A stretch of 64,000 nucleotides of DNA from the NCBI GenBank assembly GCA_951406725.2, contig OX597836.1, forward strand, positions 35,588,001 to 35,652,000. Direction: 5' to 3'. This document shows positions 27,042 to 39,443 of the stretch, piece by piece. This DNA is from Octopus vulgaris (lineage: Eukaryota). Both the position numbers and the translations under genes were made by a program. The notes below the pieces were generated by a model, which did no database searches, was not told the DNA's origin, and was given only the letters and a program-made list of their open reading frames with translations. The stretch's first letter is position 1. Each line of letters opens with the position of its first letter.

Positions 27042-27269
27042 GAACTTTCAACATTTAGATTCCTCTGTCAACTGCAATGCTTTTGTTTTTATTCACATCG
27101 TTTTGAATTAATCATACATTACGTTGTAACTTCGAAATTTTAACGATGTGATTACTAATTTTCAGAATGACATTGTAGGGTAGGCGTGAGAGTATGAATC
27201 GGTCTGGATTCAAAATATAACATGTAGATTATTTTGGCCAGATATGGCCAGTTGAGATGCTAAAAGTTT
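27042..27269. mobile_element. Decayed MITE, possibly piggyBac-like
   Basis: Imperfect inverted ends AACTTTCAACAT / ATGCTAAAAGTT. Confidence 0.3.
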
Positions 27270-27300
27270 TGATATTTGTTACAGAAATAAAGTTTAGGAC

Positions 27301-27738
27301 CGATAGCTTGAACTGAAATTGTTGAAGCTGATACCCTAGCATGGTCGCAGTATAATGACTGAAACAAGTAAGAGACAAAAGAAAGATCGTGCTACGCCTA
27401 ACTTAGACTTGTTTGAATGGCCTGCATTTGTCAACGCGCTATCTTTATCGTAGCCTGTTGGCATCAATGTATTGAAATGGCTATACGTAAAACATATGAA
27501 TAGACTTGGATAAAGCCTAAGAAATTGTAGTGCCGTTGGGACATGTCAGACAAGTAAAATGGTGGAAAACTTATGAAATTTTTGAAACAATCTATTTATG
27601 AAGATAGGAAAATGTTTATGTAATAATTTGGAGTAAACAAGTTCTAATTGTGAATTTGTATGAAAACTAAGAAAATTTAACAAGAATATTTTCTTCGTAG
27701 AAATATTACCACTATTAAATTAGGAGAACAATATAGAA
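27301..27738 (+). repeat. ~440-bp local duplication, copy 1 (copy 2 at 32033-32470)
   Basis: High identity by eye over a decayed SINE A tail plus ~350 bp of otherwise unique sequence. Confidence 0.9.
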
Positions 27739-29433
27739 TTAGTAGAATTAGAGAATTAGAAGCTTGGAATGTATATCGAACACTTATCATTAAACCCATG
27801 TATGATCTTACCGAAGAGGCCATTAATAAAATGCGCTCTACTATTCTGGAATTCTGTGTTATTTCTTGAGACATTTAGTAAGACTTCTAGGACTACATTA
27901 TTAAATCAATACCTGTATTTTATTTAAAAAAAACAAGCATGGTTTGATTTGAGAGATATCTGTTGAAATACTTGTAACAGATATATCGAATCCCTAATAT
28001 GTACCCTGTCGCCTCATCTTCGCTAATAGTTATTCATAAATTGTGTCATGCTATAACCACATAAATGGGTGGTACTTTTAAATATTCATCAGAGGAATTT
28101 GTTTATGTCAGCTCTTGTTTGGCAGTTAAAATAAATTGACATTAGCACTATCAAATTTCTGAATCTACGAGGGTTCCACTGAACCAATTATAGAATATTG
28201 AATAAAACTCTCGGCGCTTCAGCAAATATATATTAATATGAGAACTTGGTTATAGATATGAGATAATATCCAGGTTCTGAATGTACACATGAAACATTAT
28301 TGTGGATCAACCATCGTTTAAAGCAACGCTTTACGTGAAGGCTTACAGCATTTTCTTTCTGTATGAAATTACTAATCTCTCTGGATAAATATAATCGACA
28401 CAAAACAATCATGTAATGGAAATTCTATCACCATTTGCAAGTTATCTCACTTTTACATTTGACTCTTTCCGGAGGATGTTTGTCATAAACAGTAACAGTC
28501 ACCGAAAGGATCCTTATCAGAAAATTATAAAATACCCAGTATGATAATTAGAAAATTGATGGCATTACACAAAGATGTATACATACTCGGTAGTTCAACC
28601 ACTGCATGCATGGATGGCTGCATACGTATATGAACAAAGGTAGAGATTTTCATTCATGCATATCTACATATAGTCCGCTACGCATATATTGCCCAACATT
28701 CAAATAATCAACACAAAAATCAACAACGGGAATCTATATTTTCTTTCGAACTGCTAGGAATAACAGCCAAGCATTACTCTAATTGCTGCGTCTAGCGAAA
28801 TGAGACGATCGTGTGCAGCTGTTTGGATGCTGATAATTTGGAACGGATAAGTGTTACATTCGGCCTCTTTAGGCGCCTGTACTTTTTAGCACTGGCGGCA
28901 AACACATTTTCAAGCGCGCAAGAATATGCAAACAGAAAGATAGAGAGAGGGAAAGGGAGTAAGAGGGAGATTAATTGAGAAAACAATTGCCGTAAAGAAT
29001 TACCCTCTCCTCATACACATAATAGAAATATGCACAGGCACATAGAGAGAGAGAGAGAAGGAAAGAGAGATGACAGGAAGAAAAGGAGAGATGTATGAAA
29101 ATCTTTGAGGTCAAATAAGTCAGCATTGAACGAGCAGCGCCAAAACAACTCTGACGAAGTGTCTCATAGCCCTGTCGGATATACATGAGGAGAGAACGTG
29201 ATAGCTACGTCTGGAAAGACTTTGGTCATACCTGGACTCCATTAAGGAGTGCCAATTGAAATTTTATTCCCATCACATATACATATATGAGTCCCAGTTG
29301 TACTAGTTTACAGGGCTATACGCCTGTCATGTTGATGACTGTTTCGGCTACACATCCCTCTCCAATGAGAAGTTAAACCCTTTCGTCTTCTCCATCAGAT
29401 CTTTTCGCCTCTCTCTCTCTCATAGACACACAA

Positions 29434-29482
<49 letters not shown>

Positions 29483-29483
<1 letters not shown>

Positions 29484-29653
29484 CACCTTGTTCACCGTGA
29501 CTGACCAGTCCATCGGGCGTCCATTTGACACCGCTGGTCACAGGACGCTGTCCACTCCTCTCTGGACCGCGCCTTTCTCATCCACGTGATCCCAACCGTC
29601 CTCCTGAAATCGTAACTCCACCGTCGTGGTGCTACGATTTCAGGAGGACGTTT

Positions 29654-29658
<5 letters not shown>
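29483..29658 (-). mobile_element. RTE LINE 3' fragment with fold-back at its 5' junction
   Basis: PRRWSYDFRRTVGITWMRKARSREEW...; 26-bp inverted arms 29589-29614 / 29633-29658; flanked by (TA)n. Confidence 0.75.
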
Positions 29659-29710
<52 letters not shown>

Positions 29711-29984
29711 GCGACAGGATTCTTTCAGTTTCCGTCTACCAAATCCACTCACAAAGCTTTGTTCGGCAAAGTCTATAGTAGAAGACACTTGCCCAAGAAT
29801 ATTATGTAGAAGAAGAGGTGACGAGTAAAATTATGCAATACCATATCAAAAGAACAAAGGGACTTCAGTCCATGTCACATTAAGAATTCCGAGTACGTCT
29901 CTGATTATATAGGTATATTCCATTTATGCACATTGGTTGTATATGCAGTCAATAATTACATGCACATACAGCCTAGGATGGAGT

Positions 29985-30300
29985 GTTGTTGTTGTTGTTA
30001 TTTAAGCCGTCTCAAGCCATAGCCGGCTCATAACGGGCTGGTTTCACGGTTTCTTGGCGTATAGGTTCCTCACCAAGACGGGACGCCGGTCCATCTCATA
30101 TGACCTGCTAGATGCAGGAGGAAAGAGTGAGAGAAAGTTATGGCGAAAGAGTCAGCAGAAGTTCGCCATCACCTTCTGCCGGAGCCGCGTGGCGCTTAAG
30201 TTTCTCGTTCAAAGACACACACATCGCCCGGTCTGAGATTCGAACCAGCGATCCCACGACTGCGTGTCCGTTGCTCTAACCACTAGGCTATGTGCCTCCA
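29985..30300 (-). mobile_element. SINE family C variant with (AAC)n tail
   Basis: GGAGGCACATAGCCTAGTGGTTAGAGC head, GGTTCGAATC B box. Confidence 0.85.
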
Positions 30301-30396
30301 CTAGTGTGGAGTAGATGAGTGTTTTTTGAATGAACGGCTAAACAAACAACAGATAGCCTGTAGAAGGCATCAATGTGAGGATTAGGAACTCCCGTG

Positions 30397-30492
30397 TAAT
30401 TAGTCAATTAGTGCACTTAGTCAATTAGTCGTACGTTTGTTGCATTTTCATAGCATGCTTAGCGATATATATGTGTGTGTATACATGCATAA

Positions 30493-30568
<76 letters not shown>

Positions 30569-30767
30569 TATATGTGTGTGTATACATGCATAATACATAC
30601 ATACATACATACATACATACATACGTATATATATATATATATAGATATATATATATATATATATGTTTGGATGTATGTATTATGCATGTATACACACACA
30701 TATATCGCTAAGCATGCTATGAAAATGCAACAAACGTACGACTAATTAACTAAGTTCACTAATTGAC

Positions 30768-30773
<6 letters not shown>
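30397..30773. repeat. ~100-bp inverted repeat around a TA/TACA spacer
   Basis: 30397-30501 vs 30671-30773: two substitutions and one AT-unit indel. Confidence 0.92.
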
Positions 30774-30796
<23 letters not shown>

Positions 30797-30803
<7 letters not shown>

Positions 30804-31013
30804 ATCCAAACATGAAAACACAAAGAGAAAACACAACAACGCGAGGACGTGGAACAAATATAGTATTATTAGATGCTCAGGAAGGAAGGGAAGAAGGAGG
30901 GTCTAACGTTTCGAGCGGAGCTCTTCGTCAGAAACTTAGGAAAAGGAACGATCCAGAGAAGGGAAGACGGAGGAAAAAAAAATCGCCAACGGTACACACG
31001 CGGTCACATTTTG
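30797..31013 (-). mobile_element. Family H1 hammerhead-bearing PLE-like element
   Basis: Collinear with 2515-2720 and 44071-44280; TA-rich tracts on both sides. Confidence 0.8.
30901..30935 (-). ncRNA. Minimal type-I hammerhead ribozyme motif, intact core
   Basis: GTTT-CTGACGA-A-GAGC(tcc)GCTC-GAAA-CGTT-AGAC: stem I GUUU/AGAC, extra A after A9, palindromic ACGU stem III, GUU triplet; the architecture described for PLE hammerheads. Confidence 0.78.
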
Positions 31014-31065
31014 AATACATATGTATATATATATGTGTGTGGGTGTAAGTACATACATACATACA

Positions 31066-31160
<95 letters not shown>

Positions 31161-31599
31161 TCTAAACGTCAAGCTAATACATTACTTGTGAACGTCCTTT
31201 TGTTGTCCGTGAATTTTATTCGTTTATTTGAATTGACTATGACCAATATAAATATCACATTCTTATCTGTATCGTACAATACGTATTCCACGCTTCTAAT
31301 AAAAGCAAATGTAAGTTTGTTTATATACACACACGTGGTTATTACATTTGAATGGCAAAACACTCAGCCGGGTCTTGGGGTATGTGGGTTCGACTTCCAT
31401 AGTTGTTTGTTGACAACTCTTTACACATTGTAAGGGTAATATTACCCATTATTTCTGCTGTTTTAAGGGCAAAGCTGCGTTCGAAAATGTCACCCTCTTG
31501 TCTATATCTGTAAATAGAAACAAATGAATGTTTACCTTTTTATACATACGCGCGCGTACCTCCGTTTTGGGATCAGCTCTACTTTATTATCTCCCCTTC

Positions 31600-31815
31600 T
31601 TCCTAGCTCTCCTTGTGACAATTCTGTCCGGCATTCACCATGATAGATCGCTAACAACTACACATTCTTTATTTTCTCTCCTTGTTTCTTTCTGTGTTCC
31701 TTTCTGTGGAAGAGCGTAGGATCGAAACGTTAAAGACTTTTCCATTTCCGGAGCGTTACACAAATACATATGTTTCTTGACTACACCACCTGTCTTCGTC
31801 ATTTGCTCTTTTTGC
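31600..31815 (+). mobile_element. PLE-like end (family H2) with hammerhead variant
   Basis: 31700-31735 CTTT-CTGTGGA-A-GAGC(gtag)GATC-GAAACGTT-AAAG; related copy at 61600-61732 (-). Confidence 0.6.
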
Positions 31816-32032
31816 ATTTATAGATAGAAGGTCTTACAGCTGTTTCCAGGATATTTATTACTTATATCCCTTCATCGGAGACAGTGTGAGAGGATGGTTA
31901 AGTGTGTCTTCGTGTAAGTGTTTGTCCTTAACTATCGGTGACTTGATGCGCTTACGTCCCCGTAACTTAGTCGTTCGAATAATGACACTGATAGAATAAC
32001 TACCAGGCTTTACAAAATGTAACTCCTGGGAC

Positions 32033-32470
32033 TGATAGTTTGAACTGAACTTGTTCAAGCTAGTACCCTAGCATGGCCGCAGTATAATGACTGAAAAGTG
32101 TAAGAGACAAAAGAAAGATCGTGCTACGCCTACCTTAGACTTGTTTGAATGGCCTGCATTTGTCAACACGCTATCTTTATCGTAGCCTGTTGGCATCAGT
32201 GTATTGAAATGGCAATACGTAAAACTTATGAATAGACTTGGATAAAACCTAAGAAATTGTAGTGCCGTTGGGACATGTCAGACAAGTAAAATGGTGGAAA
32301 ACTTATGAAATTTTTGAAACAATCTATTTATGAAGATAGGAAAATGTTTATGTTATAATTTGGAGTAAACAAGTTCTAATTGTGAATTTGTATGAAAACT
32401 AAGGACATTTAACAAGAATATTTTCTTCGTGGAAATATTACCGCTATTAAATTAGGAGAACAATATAGAA
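32033..32470 (+). repeat. ~440-bp local duplication, copy 2
   Basis: Matches 27301-27738. Confidence 0.9.
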
Positions 32471-32817
32471 AGACAGGTCGTGACGAGAAGTTTAGCAGTG
32501 TAGAATGGCGTTTAACTTTTACAAAGATAGGAATGTATTTATTCAGTATTTTGGAGTTAACAAACTACAATCGTGATATTACATGAAAATATATTAAATA
32601 TATCTATGTAGCATGAGATATTAACCTTAAGCAATATAGATTCAGTTCAAACAAGAATAAAGAAAGGTAATTCGTTAGGAGTAGACAGCGGCGTGGTCTG
32701 ACATTTCAGTTGGACAATGAATTTGTGAGAGTCACGAATTGATTCGGAGGAGTTGAGGAGTTTGTTTACCAATTGGTCAACCTTTAATTTTTAAAAAATC
32801 GTGTGGTTATTTTAGGT

Positions 32818-32988
32818 GTAGGCGTGCGTGTCTTCTCTGTGATGAGAAATATAGTTCCCAAGGATGTGACTTTGCGCTCAGTGCCACTGCACGGCAGCTC
32901 GGGAGAGCGCATTCTACCATAGGCCCGGGTCGACCAAAGTCTTGTAAGTACATTTCGCTAACGGAAACTGAAAGGAGTCCGTCGTATA
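32818..32988 (+). mobile_element. Old SINE family A 5' half
   Basis: CCGGGTCGACCAAAGTCTTG...ACGGAAACTGAAAGGAGTCCGTCGTATA. Confidence 0.65.
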
Positions 32989-32989
32989 G

Positions 32990-33063
<74 letters not shown>

Positions 33064-33099
33064 GTCTGTCTGTCTGTATGTCTATCTACCTATCTATAT

Positions 33100-33745
33100 T
33101 ATATAGAGGACATTACTATACATAAATGCCACACGCTAGGAGGGACTCTTAAAGTCAAAACTACCAAAATAAACACATCTACCGAATGCGAAGGAATGCA
33201 ACTCTCGAAGCGAGCCATTTGAAAACAGAATTCAACAGCAAATCACATGATTTCATAATTAGTGCAGAATGCACTTTTTAATCTTCAGTGCTAGATTAAT
33301 TCAAGATTTATAACGAACGAACAAAAATCAACATACTTGACGAACAACCAATGTATCCAACGTAGTGTATAAAAATGTTCCCCCTTTATACATCTATGTA
33401 AATGGCGGGCTTTTTCGAATTGCATTTCGGTAACAACGTGTTTATTTCGGAATAAAAATTCAGTACTGAATATAATACGGTTCAATTTACAATTTAAAAA
33501 TAGGATACAATCGTTATAAGAATTTATCAAGTAGTTAGCGTGAAAAAACCTCATGAGAGAAAAGATCCACCAATTTTTCTCTTAAATATATTTATTTATA
33601 TTATATAGAGGGCATTACTCTACATAAATGCCACACGCTAGGAGGGACTCTTAAAGTCAAAACTCCCAAATAAATAAATAAACACATTGTATCAAATACG
33701 AGGGAATGCGACTCTCGAAGCTAGCCATTTAAAAACAGAATTCAG
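33100..33745. mobile_element. PLE-like terminal repeats: two direct copies plus a partial inverted copy
   Basis: 33101-33235 and 33602-33745 share CATAAATGCCACACGCTAGGAGGGACTCTTAAAGTCAAAACT; ~33400-33450 is a degenerate reverse complement; TA-rich borders. Confidence 0.5.
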
Positions 33746-33749
33746 CTCC

Positions 33750-35110
33750 ATACCTACTTAAACTGGAGACAGAAACACCTGATGTAAGACCCTACATAGA
33801 CAGTAACAAACTTGCCAACGTCAGGAGAAACATTATGAAAAAGACACTACTAACTGAGTTATAGATTGACCAAATTAAACAATAAGCTAGGTATAAAAGG
33901 AACGAAGTTGCAGCTAAAGAAGATACTACAATGAAAATGCTATAATGATTGAAAGAGTTAATGTAACTGATAATCAAAGCGAAATACTCTCAGAACTAAC
34001 GATAAGCACTAAGGCAGATGAAAATCAAATTGATGAAGGACGTCACATAAAAATTGACCCAACAGAACTAGATGATTTAAACAATTATATCATGACTGAA
34101 TGGCTGAAAATTAAAGAAACCAGCATGAACGAACGTGACACTCCCAAATATTCACAATTCTAACCTTAACCTGAATGTAATTGGTAAAATCCGGCTTGCA
34201 ATTAAGGATATAATTTCTGCTAATGAAGTTGATATTACAGTTCTCAACCACCTGTATTATACATCCGCAGAAATCTTAACGATTCCATATGGTGATTCTA
34301 TGTAGACTATCCGTGGACTTAGACTCCTTAAATGAGCAAAATTGGGTTAGTATCAATGTAGAGGATGTAAGATCTGCTCTCAGCAGATTTAGCAAATTGA
34401 AGTCTCTAGGAAAGGATAAAATTACTACCTTGTGTTTGAATGCCTTCCCAGATAGCTATGAACTGCTAACAAAACTTTACAACAATGTTTTGCAACAACT
34501 TAGTATGTTTCCATCTTGGCCACTTAATGGTGTAACATTTCTACTTCCAAAAAAGGAAGAAATGAAGGAACCAAAAGAAATATAACCAGCTTAACAACAA
34601 TGTATAAAATGCTAACATCTGACTTGATTAAATATACCTATAGTTTTTCTTAATAGAAAGTAGCATATTCTCAAAGGAGCAAAAAGGATGTCAACGTGGG
34701 TCCTATGGTTGTAAAGATCAGCTACTCATCAATGAGAATATCTTGGAAGATTGGCACAAACGACACAAAAACTTGTCGATAGTCTGGACAGACTATAAAC
34801 ATATCTTTTGATACGTTACCACTTGGCTGGATTAAGAAATGTTTGGAAATGTATAAAACAGCACCTACTCTGCGAAACGTCTTGTCTGTAAGTATTAGAT
34901 CATGGAGAACCACAATAACTTTGGACAGGACAACGAATCTCTTAATGCCGGAGTTGTACGAATTTCTAGTGGCATTTTCCAGGGTGACTTTTTATCACCA
35001 CTCCTCTTTTGTCTAGCCTTAATACCTCTCTCGAAATGATGTATAATACGGCTATAAAATATTTGATAAAAATATAAATCATCTCAGTTACACGGATGAT
35101 TTAAAGCTTG
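33750..35110 (+). pseudogene. Decayed R4/Dong-clade reverse transcriptase
   Basis: WRQKH-D-RPYIDSNKLANVRR, GVTFLLPK, EQKGCQRGSYGCKDQLLIN, WTDYKHIFDTL, GIFQGDFLSPLLFCLAL, INHLSYTDDLKL, with stops and frameshifts. Confidence 0.88.
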
Positions 35111-35511
35111 TCCTTAACGAGTTGGGTATGCCCCTTTGTGGCTGACGATATGTGCATCTCTGACCACGTGCAGAAATAGTGGGGAGCATCATAACCATGT
35201 GTTGAGAGGAATTCTTTGGGATTTGGGTAATTCCTCACTGGCAACATGGTTGTTTCGTTCAACATCCTTAAATACCCCTTATTAACAACCTTTTGAGTGG
35301 GATGGGCTACTCGATCTGAAGAAAATTATGACTGTGCCCCTTCTGCAAGGTCATTCGCTGTTTATCTTGATATGAAATCACCATGTCGCGCACATATGGT
35401 TGTGATGCGTATGCCTCGTGTACCCTTAACAGACAGGTAGTCATGATGGGTATAATAATCTTCCTATCCTTTGCCTCAGTGTCAATTTTATGGCATGCAG
35501 TGCTCTCTCAT

Positions 35512-35513
<2 letters not shown>
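35110..35513 (+). mobile_element. Family X copy with (AAT)n tail
   Basis: Homologous to 14650-15052. Confidence 0.75.
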
Positions 35514-35571
<58 letters not shown>

Positions 35572-35572
<1 letters not shown>

Positions 35573-35852
35573 GCAAAAAGGGCTGATTGCTAACTAACTC
35601 AGATACCAGGAAACCCAAAAATGGCAGAAATTCAAAAGATAGTGCTCATGGGAACTGCTCATATCCTACGCAAAATACTTTCTATGTAATCTCAAGTTAT
35701 AATACAAACTTATAATCTTTGTATGGTTTTTTAGACATTCACTAGTACTACACTAAGTACAAAACCAAATATATGGAATCCTAGGCATAACAACAACATG
35801 AACTTCCAATCTGTTGTCTCTTGTGCAAATGTAAAGCAAAAGTCAAACATAG
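35572..35852 (+). mobile_element. R4/Dong 3' fragment (same family as 15121-15800) in (AAT)n
   Basis: LTQIPGNPKMAEIQKIVLMGTAHILRKILSM* and the same 3' end AAAGCAAAAGTCAAACATA. Confidence 0.85.
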
Positions 35853-36407
35853 AGTAATAATAATAATAAACACAAACACAACCACATACACCCACACGCC
35901 CACACATATATATCCATAAATACAATGTCATGAATATCTATTTATGAAGAGAAACATATGTGGGGTGTTCCGCTAGTATTTCAGGGGTTAGCGTAATACT
36001 GAGAGTCGCCATTGTTTGCACGTTTTGTCCTTGTTTTCTAAATCTGATTATATATTTTATTTTACTTTAACGCATTAAATGTTTCCCCCATTAATTCCAA
36101 TTTATCTTTCAGAATAAATAAATAATAAATGATGTTAAATAAAATAAAACCATTTATAATAAATTTCGTTTTGTCTCTCTTCACACTAAGGTTATTCAGA
36201 ATATATTTACCTAAAAGTAAATCACAAAATTCCTCTAGTGATATTTATTTTACAAGTGATAAAATGTTGTATTTGTTAGAAATATTTTTAATTTGTAAAT
36301 AATTCCCATTAATCACGTATAAGTGACATCAATACAAAACGGCCAATTTTTAGGAGAAATATTACTCATGGGATATATTTTTGTACTTTTTCTTTGTGGT
36401 TGAATAT

Positions 36408-37187
36408 ATATTTCTTTACTACCCACAGGGGGCTAAACATAGAGGGGACAAACAAGGACAGACAAATGGATTAAGTTGATTACATCGACACCCAGTGCGA
36501 AACTCGTACTTTATTTATCGACCCCGAAAGAATGAAAGGCAAAGTCGACCTCGGCGGAATTTGAACTCAGAACGTAACGACAGACGAAATACCTATTTCT
36601 TTACTACCCACAAGGGGCTAAACACAGAGAGGACAAATAAGGACAGACAAACGGATTAAGTCGATTACATCGAACCCAGTGTGTAACTGGTACTTATTTA
36701 ATAGACCCCGAAAGGATGAAAGGCAAAGTCAACCTCGGCGGAATTTGAACTCAGAACGTGATAGCAGACGAAATACGTATTTCTTTACTACCCACAAGGG
36801 GCTAAACACAGAGAGGACAAACAAGGGCAGACATGGGTATTAAGTCGATTACATCGACCCCAGTGCATAACTGGTACTTAATTTATCGACCCCGAAAGGA
36901 TGAAAGGCAAAGTCGACCTCGGCGGAATTTGAACTCAGAACGTAACGGCAGACGACATGCCTATTTCTTTACTACCCACAAGGGGCTAGACACAGAGGGG
37001 ACAAACAAGGACAGACATAGGTGTTAAGTCGATTACATCGACCCCAGTGCGTAATTGGTACTTAATTTATCGACCCCGAAAGGATGAAAGGCACAGTCGA
37101 TCTCGGCGGAATTTGAACTCACAGCGTAAGGCAGACGACATACCGCTAAGCATTTCGCCCGACGTGCTAACGTTTCTGCCAGCTCAA
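36408..37187 (-). mobile_element. SINE family B tetramer (one head + four ~184-bp bodies)
   Basis: Unit ends at ~36411, 36596, 36780 and 36964; only the unit at the high-coordinate end carries the A-box head. Confidence 0.92.
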
Positions 37188-37971
37188 TAATACCATCACA
37201 GAATGTTCCACCTTTAAACACAACGACATTTCGATCACCTCAAGATAAAAACTCACAGTAATCGAATATATCACGTTTCTATAAATGGGTTACATAATAT
37301 AATGATCACTGCTAGATGTTAGAACATATCAAGGTTCAGACATAGGAAACGAATATAGGAGGTTAGCATGCTTTTTACAAGGCTTGATACTTAGAAAGGA
37401 AAGAATGAGAGAAGTAAGGGTGAATTTGTAAATTTTTTGTTCAGCGTTGAAATCGATTTGCAGTGCTTTAAGCTGTAGATAACGATGAAGATATTAATAG
37501 CCTATGGGAGTTTTTGAAGAAAGTATTCGTGAACGTAGCCAAAGGCACTCTACTCCTAATACGGATAAAAAGAAGAAAATGGATTTTGCAGAATACATGA
37601 GAAATTATTCAGGTATGAATAGAACAAGAACGAATTATTGGATGTAGAACGAAATAAGTTAGATTTCAAGTAGAAAAGCTGAGTAAATATTGCAGTTTCA
37701 ACCGAGCAGCAAAAAAGTGTGTTCAAGAAAAGTTACAAAAAATTCTCGGAAGGAAAAGCTGATGGAGGTGATAAATTACTCCATGCCGTAAACACTGTAA
37801 GAAATGGAAAACGCTTATACAATAATGATAATAGAAGTAAATTAAGAGAGTTCAACATGACCATCGGAGATTACTATCTCTGTAGAAAGGTGGGGGTGGA
37901 TAATAACTACTGATATAATCACCTGAGAAAGAAGGAATAAAGTGATGTGAAACAGTCATATACAAAACGGT

Positions 37972-38740
37972 TAAGGTAAGAAATATATATTTCTTTACTA
38001 CCCACATGGGGCTAAACACAAAGTGGACAAACAAGGACACACAAACGGATTGAATCCATTCCATCGACCCCAGTGCATAACTGGTACTTAATTTATCGAC
38101 CCCGAAAGGATGAAAGGCAAAGTCGACCTCGGCGGAATTTGAACCCAGAACGTAACGGCAGACGAAATACAGCTACGCATTTCACCCGGCGTGCTAACGT
38201 TTCTGCCAGCTCGCCGCCTTTAATGTAAGAAATATATGTTTCTTTATTACCCACATGGGGCTAAACACAGAGGGGACAAACAAGGACACACAAACGGATT
38301 GAATCGATTCCATCGACCCCAGTGCATAACTGGTACTTAATTTATCGACCTCGAAAGGATGAAAGGCACAGTCGACCTTCGGCAGAATTTGAACCCAGAA
38401 CGTAACGACAGACGAAATACGGCTACGCATTTCACCCGGCGTGCTAACGTTTCTGCCAGCTCGCCGCCTTTAATGTAAGAAATACATGTTTCTTTATTAC
38501 CCACAAGGGGCTAAACACAGAGAGGACAAACAAGGACACACAAACGGATTAAATCAATCGATTACATCGACCCCAGTGCATAACTGGTACTTAATTTATC
38601 GACCCCGAAAGGATGAAAGGCAAAGTCGACTTCGGCAGAATTTGAACCCAGAACGTAACGACAGACGAAATACGGCTACGCATTTCACCCGGCGTGCTAA
38701 CGTTTCTGCCAGCTCGCCGCCTTTAATGTAAGAAATATAA
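37972..38740 (-). repeat. Tandem triplication of a full SINE B monomer plus flank (~250-bp period)
   Basis: GTAAGAAATA at 37976, 38225, 38475 and 38728; shared private bases (GAACCCAGAA, TTTCACCCGG, GGACACACAAAC). Confidence 0.92.
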
Positions 38741-38999
38741 CTCTTGAAAGTCGGACGGAGCTGGATGTTAGCTGCATAGGAAATATCTATTGCGGATGTA
38801 GGAAAAGCCATTAAGCAAATAGAAAACGAAAGGTTCATGGATTAGGAAAAGCAAAAGAATTGATAAAAGACAGGTAAGCAAAATAATCGCAACATGTGGA
38901 ACAGGTAGCAAATAGCCGAATATTTAAAGGGCGGTGTAGTGAATAGGGTGCCACAAAAAGTTAAATCTCCGAGAGGATATAAGCTAGGAAGTGTATGTG

Positions 39000-39443
39000 G
39001 GGTCTTTTCGGTTTGAACGGCAGTTTTTTCTAGCGGTGTCATATGAAATTGTCACCCATAATTATGACCCTAGTATCGATCTATTGCATTTCTATCTGTT
39101 TTAGTGTTAGAGTTAGAGTTAGGGTTAGTTAGGGTTAGGGGTGGGGGGAAGGGTATCTTTTTTTCTTCACAAATGTAAATAAACCCAATCTGTTTCTTAA
39201 ACGAGGGACATATTCATACGGCATAGAATGTTTTTTTTTACCTCAATAGACGTAATTGATTGGTTGAATTTGCAGAAATTGAAGAAAAACAAACAACAAA
39301 TATCTTACAAACCATAGAATTTTCTCAATAAAGCCAAGAGAAAAAGATGTTTTATAAACACATTCTACCAGTATACGAAGTTTAAAATTTTTTTAGTTAC
39401 CTAGAAATTATGTTAAAAAGTGGCCTTCAAATCGAAAAGATCC
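39000..39443 (+). mobile_element. Merlin-like MITE, copy 2
   Basis: Same TIRs; 9-bp TSD GTGTATGTG; internal TTAGAG/TTAGGG run. Confidence 0.85.

Noticed and set aside
29151-29190. Hammerhead at CTGACGAAGTGTC
   Set aside because: No properly placed GAAA or stem III
36408-38740. CRISPR-like or satellite array
   Set aside because: Units are 184-250 bp SINE bodies without unique spacers, and the context is eukaryotic
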